From: a virus
Taxonomy: Duplodnaviria; Caudoviricetes
Virus record (IMG/VR): IMGVR_UViG_3300027844_000607
Span: 1-58,606 of that record
Direction: 5' to 3' (one strand)
DNA: 58,606 nucleotides
In this document: positions 45,345-53,837 of the stretch, one piece after another
Position numbering within the stretch: the first letter of the stretch is position 1
Layout: every line of letters begins with the position of its first letter
Notes under the pieces: model-generated
What the model was told of the DNA's origin: nothing
Database searches by the model: none
Seen by the model: the letters and a program-made list of their open reading frames with translations, nothing else
Translations under genes and position numbers: made by a program

Positions 45345-46227
45345 CGTCTTTTTTCTTTCTTCTCAACCCTATTCGAGGCGGACCGCCGGGTTCACCTTTC
45401 GGTCCGACACCTAAGCCAGCAACTTCACCACCACCGACAGCATTAGCTGAAGCGTCCTCGATACGCATCCGCATGACTTCGGCCTTTTCCAAGATGGCTG
45501 CGTTGAGCGCCATCTTCTTCATCTCTGGCTTCTCCACCGTGCCGTATTGATGTTTCGGAATCTTGTTCGGTGTCCCGTATCCCTTGATACCGTAGATTTT
45601 TCCATCAGACTTGTCGATCATAAAGACGCCGCGTCCCCCGTGCGAGACTCCGCCCTGCACGGCATCGATATTGATATATTTCGATTTGTCCTTGATCGTG
45701 AGTTTATCTCGGTCTTGTTTGGGGGTACGCGTATATTCACCGCTTTGGTCTTTGGCTTTAGCGAGAATTTTATTCAGCTTGTCCACCAGCGGCTGCACAT
45801 CACGGGCGGTGACGTTCAACGGAAGTTCCCGTTCTTGTAATGACTCCTGTAACTCTGGATGACCCGTCATCAACTTCGTCATATTCCTTATATCTGGCGC
45901 CTGCACCGTGCCGTATTGGTGGCTCGTATTCGGTTTTCCATATCCTTTGGCACTGTAGATCTTTCCATTGGACTTGTCAACCGTGAAGATGACCTCGCGG
46001 CCGCGATGGCGCAGTCGGCCTCCCGACCCAACAACCGTGATATCGATAAAGGTTGTTTTTCTGGGGTCGCGAGCAAAAGATACTCCGAGTTCACTATGTA
46101 TGTTCTTATTAAGCGCGTGAAATTTTTTATTCAGTGTGACCAACACTGATTCAACGTCTCGCCAATCGACGGCGCCGCGGCCTTTAGCTTCATCCAACTG
46201 ACGGAGAATTTTCTGAAACAATGACAT
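45334..46227 (-). CDS. Putative internal head protein with an internally duplicated domain
   Basis: Leader MSLFQKILRQLDE/A; two copies of F.(V/I)DKS.GKIY..KGYG.PN...QYGTV separated by LQESLQE; tail IED-ASANAVGGG. Confidence 0.55.
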   Translation of the reverse strand: MSLFQKILRQLDEAKGRGAVDWRDVESVLVTLNKKFHALNKNIHSELGVSFARDPRKTTFIDITVVGSGGRLRHRGREVIFTVDKSNGKIYSAKGYGKPNTSHQYGTVQAPDIRNMTKLMTGHPELQESLQERELPLNVTARDVQPLVDKLNKILAKAKDQSGEYTRTPKQDRDKLTIKDKSKYINIDAVQGGVSHGGRGVFMIDKSDGKIYGIKGYGTPNKIPKHQYGTVEKPEMKKMALNAAILEKAEVMRMRIEDASANAVGGGEVAGLGVGPKGEPGGPPRIGLRRKKKDDDA

Positions 46228-46230
46228 ACT

Positions 46231-46626
46231 CTATAGCTCCTGTAATCGCCGGACGATACGCGCATCAGTCGGGATAGTGTCGGTCACAATATCATATCCA
46301 TCGATACCGACGATCACTGATGGCATTACCATCAGATACTCTAAAAAAGGTTTGAGGACACGATACGACTTCTCATCGTCGCTTTTGACGAATAAGAGTC
46401 GCACCATGGCTTCTGGTCCAAAGACGTTGAGCAGTCCGATCAAATGATTGAGAATCAGCCGCTCGCTTAACTGCCGGGTCGTCAGATATCGACGACAGAG
46501 CCGTTTGACGTATTTGAACCGTTTATAATCTTCCGCAAACTCGCTAATACTGACACACTGCGGGTTGTCGTAAGATCGCGTAGCGTACAAAAGCGCGTTC
46601 TTTGATGTCAGATTAACAAACTCCAT
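46231..46626 (-). CDS. Conserved T4-like hypothetical protein
   Basis: YDNPQC....EFAEDYKRFKYVKRL...ERLILNHLI.LLNVFG. Confidence 0.75.
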   Translation of the reverse strand: MEFVNLTSKNALLYATRSYDNPQCVSISEFAEDYKRFKYVKRLCRRYLTTRQLSERLILNHLIGLLNVFGPEAMVRLLFVKSDDEKSYRVLKPFLEYLMVMPSVIVGIDGYDIVTDTIPTDARIVRRLQEL

Positions 46627-46628
46627 TG

Positions 46629-46847
46629 TTACACAGATGGTGGCGGTTGTGTATCACCCTCACCTTTGGACAAACCCTCAAGCACTTCAATAGCTCCTGC
46701 TACACGATGATACTGTTCGAGGCCAAGCTGTTTGGCTCCTTCCAAGTCTTCAAGTTCTTTAACGATCCGCCCCTGAAGTTCTTTCAATTCATCCAGTTTT
46801 GTGTTCATCCAATCCCTCTCATGTTGTTCGTACTGTCCGTCAATCAT
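46629..46847 (-). CDS. Small coiled-coil protein
   Basis: SD GGAGG; CTAAATA at 46874-46880. Confidence 0.6.
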   Translation of the reverse strand: MIDGQYEQHERDWMNTKLDELKELQGRIVKELEDLEGAKQLGLEQYHRVAGAIEVLEGLSKGEGDTQPPPSV

Positions 46848-46876
46848 ACAACCTCCATTGTGTTTTCTACCGGTAT

Positions 46877-47395
46877 TTAGATCAATTGATGAACTACCTT
46901 TTTCACCTGTGCAATGTCACCGTCCTGATAGACAACTCCAACACCACCGGCTTGCTGCCATTCGTTAATGTTCTTTGCGAAGTCGTCGATGAGGATGTTC
47001 GCTGTGCCATCTCGTTGCTTGGCAAACCGTCGCTTTTCTGAACGACGCACCGCGTGAAATTTGTTCATGGATGGGCGAAAATTGTGAAGATGGCGCTTAC
47101 ACCAGATGAGTTTGCCAGTTCCAGCGGATGGCCAATTAGACGGTGTAGCGGTGAGAATAGACGAATGGAGCGGACCGATCACACTCCACAACTGCTGCGC
47201 GTGTGATAGCATAGGAAGATCCATCCAGAACGTCGGCCATTCCTTCGCCAGACGTGCGGATCCTTGGGGGGAATCCCATAATTTTTTGAAGGTGGCGTCG
47301 CTGTGTCCTCTAATATCTACCTCAAAGAAGCGTTCTGCTGCCTCGACAAAGTTGGCTAATACACCGTCCATGTCACAATAAATTTGTGGAGTCAT
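46877..47395 (-). CDS. HAD-family 5'(3')-deoxyribonucleotidase-like phosphatase
   Basis: IYCDMDGVLANF, ILTA, ILIDD...NINEWQQAGG. Confidence 0.85.
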   Translation of the reverse strand: MTPQIYCDMDGVLANFVEAAERFFEVDIRGHSDATFKKLWDSPQGSARLAKEWPTFWMDLPMLSHAQQLWSVIGPLHSSILTATPSNWPSAGTGKLIWCKRHLHNFRPSMNKFHAVRRSEKRRFAKQRDGTANILIDDFAKNINEWQQAGGVGVVYQDGDIAQVKKVVHQLI

Positions 47396-47422
47396 TGTAT
47401 CTGTAGAGGGGGGTTATATTCT

Positions 47423-48184
47423 CTACGTCCCAAGTTTTCTTTCAGAGGAATGCTCCGTGGAGGGATAGAAGGTCACCTCGTCGTTCTTCGTGTTATGCCT
47501 GTGAAGCAAATCGTCCTGCACTTTGTCATCCGCTTTCGCACGAAGTTTCTTTTCCCGTTCAGCTTCTTTTTGTGATGACGATTTCTTCGTTGGATTAAAA
47601 TTGCCAGACGGCGTGTCGTCTTCCTGCGCCTTCTCCGGCGCCTTCTCCGGCGCTTTGGCGACCGTGTCCTTCTTACGATTCATTTCAGCATTACTTACCG
47701 GACCCTGAAACGATTCTAACCCGAAGGGCAGATCATCTTCATCGAGTGACTCCCGGTGTAGATCGGAAAATTTCTTTCCCTTTCGGAAGTCCCTATACAG
47801 TTCCTTCTCCAATTTTCTCCAAGAAGCCATGGACGATTTTTCTTTGTCCGTCTGGGGACGACCCGAATGCGCCATTTTAGACCGTCGATCCGCGGCCCGC
47901 TGATCCCACGGCTTCACTTCATTAGGAGTAGCTGTAACAGCCCCGAGACGATAGCGAATACGGTTAGGTGGCCAAACGTCTGGCTTAAGGTTAATCTTTC
48001 CGTCAGGGTGTATAAACATGACCATGTGCTTAACACCCTTGTGCGGGCCCTTGTCCACCGTTACAGCGTCGCCCTTTTTGTAGCGGCTTTCGTGTATCGT
48101 TTCCAAGGTGTCAGACACCTCGTTAACTAACTCGGATGAGACACCAAAGAGGTCACACAGGTCTTGTTTGAGCGTTGGTGACAT
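47423..48184 (-). CDS. Putative internal head protein with a KOW/SH3-like domain
   Basis: Start reassigned to MSPTLKQ (SD AAAGGA). Acidic leader ending IHE/S, then YKKGDAVTVDKGPHKG, later LDE. Confidence 0.55.
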   Translation of the reverse strand: MSPTLKQDLCDLFGVSSELVNEVSDTLETIHESRYKKGDAVTVDKGPHKGVKHMVMFIHPDGKINLKPDVWPPNRIRYRLGAVTATPNEVKPWDQRAADRRSKMAHSGRPQTDKEKSSMASWRKLEKELYRDFRKGKKFSDLHRESLDEDDLPFGLESFQGPVSNAEMNRKKDTVAKAPEKAPEKAQEDDTPSGNFNPTKKSSSQKEAEREKKLRAKADDKVQDDLLHRHNTKNDEVTFYPSTEHSSERKLGT

Positions 48185-48202
48185 AGAATAATCCTTTGAG
48201 AC

Positions 48203-48246
48203 AAACAGAAAATGGCAGTTGGCGTCCGAAGACACCAACTACCCAT
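48203..48246 (-). terminator. Rho-independent terminator with C(UUCG)G loop
   Basis: Minus strand GGTAGTTGGTGTC-TTCG-GACGCCAACTGCC-ATTTTCTGTTT, after the Ser-rich gene. Confidence 0.85.
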
Positions 48247-48262
48247 GATGTTACCGCCGAGT

Positions 48263-48703
48263 TTAGCTCGGCGAGGTCGACGCGGACGGACTTCCCGAAG
48301 CTGAAGCCGAACTCGACGGACTGGTCGAAGTTGACGGACTGACCGACGCAGACGGACTCTGCGACGCAGATGGACTCTGCGACAAGCTGGTTGAGCTTGA
48401 CGGACTGTACGAACTCGACGGGCTCTGCGAACTCGACGGACTGTTCGACTGCGAACTCGACGGACTGAACGATGCAGATGGACTATTCGACTGCGACGAA
48501 GACGGACTATATGACGGTGACGGACTCTGTGATGCAGAGTTCGCGGTAACCTGTCCGCCTATCGCAACAATAATCTCTTCACCCCACGGGTGTCTAAATG
48601 TCCAACCCTGTTCAGTGGCATACGTGTTTGCAGCGGCAGCGTTATTCGGCTGCCCCCATGTTGGCTTATTCGCGTCAGTTGGATCTGATCCCCATCCAGA
48701 CAT
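48263..48703 (-). CDS. Small virion-type protein with a mucin-like Ser/Pro tail
   Basis: N-terminal MSGWG...KPTW...YATEQGW...EIIVAIGG domain followed by ~90 aa of SPSxSx repeats; SD AAGGAG; own terminator. Confidence 0.75.
   Translation of the reverse strand: MSGWGSDPTDANKPTWGQPNNAAAANTYATEQGWTFRHPWGEEIIVAIGGQVTANSASQSPSPSYSPSSSQSNSPSASFSPSSSQSNSPSSSQSPSSSYSPSSSTSLSQSPSASQSPSASVSPSTSTSPSSSASASGSPSASTSPS
48266..48540 (-). repeat. Degenerate 18-bp coding tandem repeat (AGT CCG TCN NNN TCG NNN = SPSxSx)
   Basis: Repeated GACGGACT / GAACTCGACGG on the + strand, mostly with 18-nt spacing. Confidence 0.85.
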
Positions 48704-48718
48704 ATTCGTACTCCTTGA

Positions 48719-51055
48719 TTAAGATGATGCCGGCGAGGCGGCGCTCTTCGGTTGATTAGCCTTGGCTTGCTGCTCGCGAGCCTTCTGTTGCACATCCCGA
48801 AGTTTTGCCGCCATCATTGTGTTCGCTTGACGGGTCTTGAGAGCGATCAATTCTTGCTGTTGCGTCGTTCGCAATTTCTCCGTTTCGGTTGGAGGTTTTA
48901 TTACAGCCGGTGGGGTAGCAGCTTCCTTTACCCACTGATCGTCCTTTTCCACCATCACATACTTGCGAGGTGCTTTGATAATACGATCACCCCACTTGGA
49001 ACCCGGCTCCGGCCCTAGATTCACATAGATCCAATTACCATCGATGCGTTCCACTGTCCCGTCAAATCCCGCGCCTCCGCGAACGCGAAGGCCGGCGCGA
49101 ACCTTATCACCAACCTTGACGTGCTGGTCAGGGTTGGCGGCGAAGCCCGACCGGGCCGGTGCTTCGTTTATACCGTAACCTTTAGGAGTTACGTCTTTCA
49201 CATTAAACTTGGCTTTACCCTTCGCAACTCTATCCGCGGCATCCTTTGTCAAGTTGCCGTCTCGATCAAAGAGTTTTGCAAGATGTGGCGGGAGTTTAAT
49301 TTTAGATGCTTCGTCCATTTTCATGGCTTTGCGGGTTGTCGGTTTCAGTAACTTCTGATCCCATTTGATGCCTAGCTCAGTAGCTCTGTTCAGCATCTGG
49401 CCAGCGAGGTTCCATGCTTCAACGGAATGACTATTATTCAAGAATATTTTTATCGCAGCATTAACGCTAGCCGCGGGCGTTGTTTTCTTCAAAGGATTCT
49501 GACCTCGACCCAGCGAATTGCTGATAATCCTTGCGGCGCGCCTCTGATCTGCGGAGCTTGCGGGTCGGCCGCCGAGGCGGTTGGAAGAAGGAAGAGTCGC
49601 CTCGTCCATTTGTTCCCCGGCTTCCTCTATCTGCTCGACATCTTCTTTCACCACGTTGTGTGCCGGAATTTTCTCCGACTCATACTTACCAACGTCGATG
49701 ACGTAAAACGGACTGCCGTGACGGTCGCCTTTATCGTAACGAACAACTTTCCCCCGACTTGAGCGGCTCGGCGAATCGCTAATCTTTACCCATGTACCGG
49801 GATCGAGGACGAGACCGCGGTTCGGATTGACGCGTAACGTGCCATGTTTAGCTATGATTTTCTCAATCGCCTTGTTATATGCACGTTGGGACGCGGCCGA
49901 AACGCGCTTGCCTTCTTTCACGTAGGACTCCCCAGCAACAATCACTTTGTCTGCGCTAACTTTATCTTTACCGGCCGCACCAAAATCCACGATGTAATAT
50001 GCGTCTCCAGCATACGGACCTGAGGAAGCTGCTGGGCGATTCGGTCGAGGCGCTAGGCCGCGCGCAGGGTGGTAACTAACAACTCTCCCTTTCGCGAGAT
50101 CGCCTCCGGTCGCGCCGCGGGCCCGCGCCCGGTCGAATCCACTGATCTTTACGCGTGTACCGGGCTTCAGATTCCGTAGCGACCAACCGAACTTTTTAGT
50201 CGAAGTTGACAACTCAGCCAATCCTTCTTTATACTGCTGACCTGGTTTGATAACACTCACCACGCGACCACGAGCATTCTCAATAGAAAGAGTGGCCTTT
50301 GGGTGGTCGCGTTGGAAGTTTTGGACCCCATAGGGGAGTTCCATCTTGCTGACATCCCACTGTTGATCCACCACCTTATTATTGACAATGGCTACAATAG
50401 TAAATGTCTGTGGAGCCTCAAGCAACCCGATATTAAATTGTCCTTCGCTGAGATTAAACATTTCGCGTAGCCCCATATGTCGTCGTACTTGGTTAAACAA
50501 GTCTTTTGCTACCTTCTGTGGCACATGTGACGGAATCCCCGCCCCAAATGCCTTAAAGTCGTTCGCTTTCGCGAGTGCCCGCATCTTAGATGCCGACATC
50601 CCCGACACATCGTCTGCGTCGGGATCGCGATTACCAGGCACCGCAATAACCTGAAAGTGGTCAATGTCAATATGCTTGGCTGCATTATATTTAGGAGATT
50701 TGCGAGGGACAAGATATTGTGCGAACTTTTGGAAGTCACGCACACGGTCACTACCGACGATCATCAGAATTCGACGATAGCCGAGAGAGGACACCTCCGC
50801 AAACGCATCAACTGGCGTTCGTACTGACACATTGCTACTAACGAACAGTTTTGGAAAGAATTTCCGCAGAAACGCGACCTTGTTTCTGAACGGCAGTGGG
50901 TTCTTTCGCGAATCTTGAGTCTGCGAGGGGTACACACGCACATCAGCACTATTGCGCTGGGCAATCTGATTGACGAAGTTAACGAGTGCGCCGTGCCCAG
51001 TGGTCGGTGGATTGAAACGACCGAAAACGAGAACGACGGTGCGAGATGATGGCAT
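48719..51055 (-). CDS. HxGH nucleotidyltransferase (cytidyltransferase-like) fused to a string of small basic domains; putative polyprotein
   Basis: FGRFNPPTTGH, KNPL, IVGSDR and RDPDADDVSGMSASKMR in the first ~195 aa, then modules separated by hydrophobic-X-E sites; CTAAATA at 51072-51078. Confidence 0.8.
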   Translation of the reverse strand: MPSSRTVVLVFGRFNPPTTGHGALVNFVNQIAQRNSADVRVYPSQTQDSRKNPLPFRNKVAFLRKFFPKLFVSSNVSVRTPVDAFAEVSSLGYRRILMIVGSDRVRDFQKFAQYLVPRKSPKYNAAKHIDIDHFQVIAVPGNRDPDADDVSGMSASKMRALAKANDFKAFGAGIPSHVPQKVAKDLFNQVRRHMGLREMFNLSEGQFNIGLLEAPQTFTIVAIVNNKVVDQQWDVSKMELPYGVQNFQRDHPKATLSIENARGRVVSVIKPGQQYKEGLAELSTSTKKFGWSLRNLKPGTRVKISGFDRARARGATGGDLAKGRVVSYHPARGLAPRPNRPAASSGPYAGDAYYIVDFGAAGKDKVSADKVIVAGESYVKEGKRVSAASQRAYNKAIEKIIAKHGTLRVNPNRGLVLDPGTWVKISDSPSRSSRGKVVRYDKGDRHGSPFYVIDVGKYESEKIPAHNVVKEDVEQIEEAGEQMDEATLPSSNRLGGRPASSADQRRAARIISNSLGRGQNPLKKTTPAASVNAAIKIFLNNSHSVEAWNLAGQMLNRATELGIKWDQKLLKPTTRKAMKMDEASKIKLPPHLAKLFDRDGNLTKDAADRVAKGKAKFNVKDVTPKGYGINEAPARSGFAANPDQHVKVGDKVRAGLRVRGGAGFDGTVERIDGNWIYVNLGPEPGSKWGDRIIKAPRKYVMVEKDDQWVKEAATPPAVIKPPTETEKLRTTQQQELIALKTRQANTMMAAKLRDVQQKAREQQAKANQPKSAASPASS

Positions 51056-51094
51056 AGTTTTCCCTATAGACTATTTAGAGAAAATGTGTTCCCA

Positions 51095-52324
51095 CTATTG
51101 CCAATCTTTTGGTGCGAGGAAGTTCAATCGGGAGAACTCCAGACGGTCTACGAGCTTTATCGTCTTCCCCCCGTGGGAGGTTGCCACAAAGCCCTCAGGG
51201 CCTGTAACTCGAAACCCACTCGCTGTTGGCACGAACGTGCTGATACGGGAAACTTGCGCCAACTTTCGCACGATGATCGTTTTAGCGTTCATGACGGCTT
51301 GATGAAGCTGAAACCAATTCAGGTACCCGCGAGCGTTGCCACGAATCTGTTTCATGACCGCGTTGAACTTCGCTTCCTGATCCGTTTTGCCCCTCTCGGA
51401 GCCTCGCTTCCCGGCTTCCTTGTCTCGACGTGCAGCTATAAACTCCATCAGTTCGGTGACGGTCGACGCAGACACCCTGTTGCTACGCACACGCTGGTTG
51501 ATAAACATCTGTACCAGCATATGCAGGGGTTCGTGTGTCATGACTTCGTACACAGATGACGCAACCTGACTCTGTAACGCAGTGACGTGCGACAGAGCAA
51601 GCGTAAAGTCGCTTTGTTCCGCGTTAGTGAAGGTGACGGTACCGGACAGATCGTCAAACGAAGCATCCAGCACAACCGCGCGGCCGGACTTGCCTAAGGA
51701 CGCAAAGGCGCCAGGGGTAATGGGTGAAGCGGTGTAACTGTCAATTGTTGAACCGCGGCCGCTATACATGGTATGTACGACAATGCCCAGATGAGCGCGA
51801 CTGATCTGTTGCCCGAGGTTACTGTTTGCTTCGACCGCATAGAGAATAGTGTTAGGACGGAAGGTTACGTAGGACTTCTCGTCTATGGTCTGTGACTTGA
51901 TATCGTCAGTAAAGAGCAAGTCACCCTGAAGAATCTGCTTTGAGTGAAGCGGTTGTAGTTCCTTAAGGCACGCCTGGAGTTTCGCACCAAGTCCACTACT
52001 GCCATAGGTCGCGTTAATCTGTGCCTTCGACTTCATGAGCTTCGGGTTCTTGGCGAACGCGGACTTCGTTGCGACAAAGAATTTGTGATCGGCGGGATCA
52101 GGACCAAACACCACCGATGGCGCACCATCCCATTTCGTTGTGACGTTCATCGAGCGAGACACACCACCGTGTTCCAGCATGTGCCCGAAGTTCTTGAGGA
52201 CATCCAGTGCAAACGTCGCACCTGAGGCACCGTCATCCAACATCAAATCTTCAAGATGTTGAAGATGCGTCAGTTTACCGGCCTTAGATTCTTGTAGATG
52301 TCGTGCAAATGAAATTAGCGGCAT
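51095..52324 (-). CDS. Conserved T4-like protein, probably head-associated; ligase-like KxDG motif
   Basis: Start reassigned to MPLISFARHLQE/SK; THLQHLED, TKWDGAP, FFVATKS, LQGDLLF, PEGFV, KLVDRLEFS. Confidence 0.7.
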   Translation of the reverse strand: MPLISFARHLQESKAGKLTHLQHLEDLMLDDGASGATFALDVLKNFGHMLEHGGVSRSMNVTTKWDGAPSVVFGPDPADHKFFVATKSAFAKNPKLMKSKAQINATYGSSGLGAKLQACLKELQPLHSKQILQGDLLFTDDIKSQTIDEKSYVTFRPNTILYAVEANSNLGQQISRAHLGIVVHTMYSGRGSTIDSYTASPITPGAFASLGKSGRAVVLDASFDDLSGTVTFTNAEQSDFTLALSHVTALQSQVASSVYEVMTHEPLHMLVQMFINQRVRSNRVSASTVTELMEFIAARRDKEAGKRGSERGKTDQEAKFNAVMKQIRGNARGYLNWFQLHQAVMNAKTIIVRKLAQVSRISTFVPTASGFRVTGPEGFVATSHGGKTIKLVDRLEFSRLNFLAPKDWQ

Positions 52325-53097
52325 CGTATCTCCAAGCGAAGCGATTTGTAAAACTCGGGGTGTGCGACTATCAAATCCCACCACATTTTGATCTTCCGAT
52401 GAAACACTGGCAGCGCAGCGTGTTTCGGTGTCGTCTTGAACGCTCCTGTATATACCGTATACGTGGATTTCGCGATAAACGGCCACGGAAGAATTTCGGT
52501 TTTCATCTGTTTCAACGCATCACGGTAATTAAGATCGCCATATATCGCCCACATCTCTAATGCTACGTCGTGCGAGTACGCTTCGATTTCGTCATAGTCA
52601 CCCAGATAAGTTTGTTCCGCCTTCAGATCGATACCATCCGCCTGAGAACGATACACACGGGCATTGGTCTCTTCTCCCTTAACACTCCGATACACATCTT
52701 GATGTCGATGAACCAATTCGTGTAGCAGGTATGACCAAAAATAGAAACGGCGTATGGCCCACGTTTTGCGCGACCATTGCTGCCGTCGCCCCCCTTTAGT
52801 TACATGCCATTCAAGTCGCACATCAGCCGAAGAATGTTGAAGCGGAAGAAGTTCGTTTGGCAACCATTGTGCCGTGATCAGGACGGACTTCTTGGGTATA
52901 CCCTTTTCACCACTGCCGACAACATTTAAGACACCATATTCCTCCGTGACGGCATTAAGACGGTCTAAAAATGACGCCAAATTAAACGCACGTCCTCGAT
53001 AACAGTCCGGCCGTTTCACCGGAAAGACATCTTTCACCGCATCCTGTAATACCACTGCGTCCATTATTACTCGGCGTTGAAGTGCCTCGACTTGCAT
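52315..53097 (-). CDS. Putative zincin metallopeptidase-like protein
   Basis: LLHELVHRHQ (HExxH) and YLGDYDEIEAYS; SD AGGAGG before ATG 53097. Confidence 0.6.
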   Translation of the reverse strand: MQVEALQRRVIMDAVVLQDAVKDVFPVKRPDCYRGRAFNLASFLDRLNAVTEEYGVLNVVGSGEKGIPKKSVLITAQWLPNELLPLQHSSADVRLEWHVTKGGRRQQWSRKTWAIRRFYFWSYLLHELVHRHQDVYRSVKGEETNARVYRSQADGIDLKAEQTYLGDYDEIEAYSHDVALEMWAIYGDLNYRDALKQMKTEILPWPFIAKSTYTVYTGAFKTTPKHAALPVFHRKIKMWWDLIVAHPEFYKSLRLEIRCR

Positions 53098-53111
53098 TGT
53101 GCCTCCTATTT

Positions 53112-53142
53112 TATTTAGGGGGAACAAAGGCACCCCTAAATA
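53112..53142. promoter_or_regulatory. Palindromic divergent late promoters
   Basis: TATTTAGGGG-11 nt-CCCCTAAATA, a perfect 10-bp inverted repeat with CTAAATA in each arm. Confidence 0.75.
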
Positions 53143-53147
53143 GGACT

Positions 53148-53837
53148 ATGCAATCCTTTCGCGAACATTGCCGGGATATCACAGAAGCTCTCGACAAACC
53201 CTACCCGTACCGCGTTGTCAACAGCCGGGGCACGGGAAGCGGCGATGGCCCCGGTGTTTTTGAGGCCGAGTTTACCGTGGCCACTTCCGGCTTGAAGTAT
53301 AATGTTCACTTTGCGAAACGCGTAGAGCAAAATATTCCTCGCACCAACGGCCGCGGTCAAGTGATCGAGCCACGGTGGGAGAGTGTAGAAAAGCCGTGGG
53401 AGTTTACGTTCGCGCTTAAGCGCACACACGGAAGCGGCGCCCCCGGTGATCCGAAAACCGATACGGAGACGTATGGCGTCTCGCGCACCGGACATGCGTT
53501 TAGTGTCTTTGCGACCGTGATTGCTGTGATGAAAGAGTTCATTACCAAGTATCATCCCGCCCTCATCTACTTTAGTGCCACGGAAAGTTCTCGCGCAAAA
53601 CTCTACGACCGTTTCATGAAGCTCGTACCCCGTTCCGTGTCGGGTTATGCGGGACACAAGTTGACTGGACAATCACGACGTAGCGCGGCCGCGCTCGGTG
53701 ATTGCCACCGGGGTTCCGGTTTTCTGCGCGATCCCGAACAGAAGTGTCACGCCGATTGGATTGGCCCGGGTAACTTTGTAGTCGCAAGACGCGACGTACC
53801 CCTCACGGCCATTCTCGCCGTGACTCAGGCCCATTAG
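53148..53837 (+). CDS. Putative internal head (ejected) protein with a capsid-targeting leader
   Basis: MQSFREHCRDITE/A resembles T4 internal-protein leaders (MKT(F/Y)xEF...E); start reassigned to the ATG 5 nt after CTAAATA. Confidence 0.6.
   Translation: MQSFREHCRDITEALDKPYPYRVVNSRGTGSGDGPGVFEAEFTVATSGLKYNVHFAKRVEQNIPRTNGRGQVIEPRWESVEKPWEFTFALKRTHGSGAPGDPKTDTETYGVSRTGHAFSVFATVIAVMKEFITKYHPALIYFSATESSRAKLYDRFMKLVPRSVSGYAGHKLTGQSRRSAAALGDCHRGSGFLRDPEQKCHADWIGPGNFVVARRDVPLTAILAVTQAH

Noticed and set aside
48266-48540. CRISPR-like array
   Set aside because: The repeats are contiguous, degenerate, in-frame coding units with no unique spacers, and no cas genes are present.
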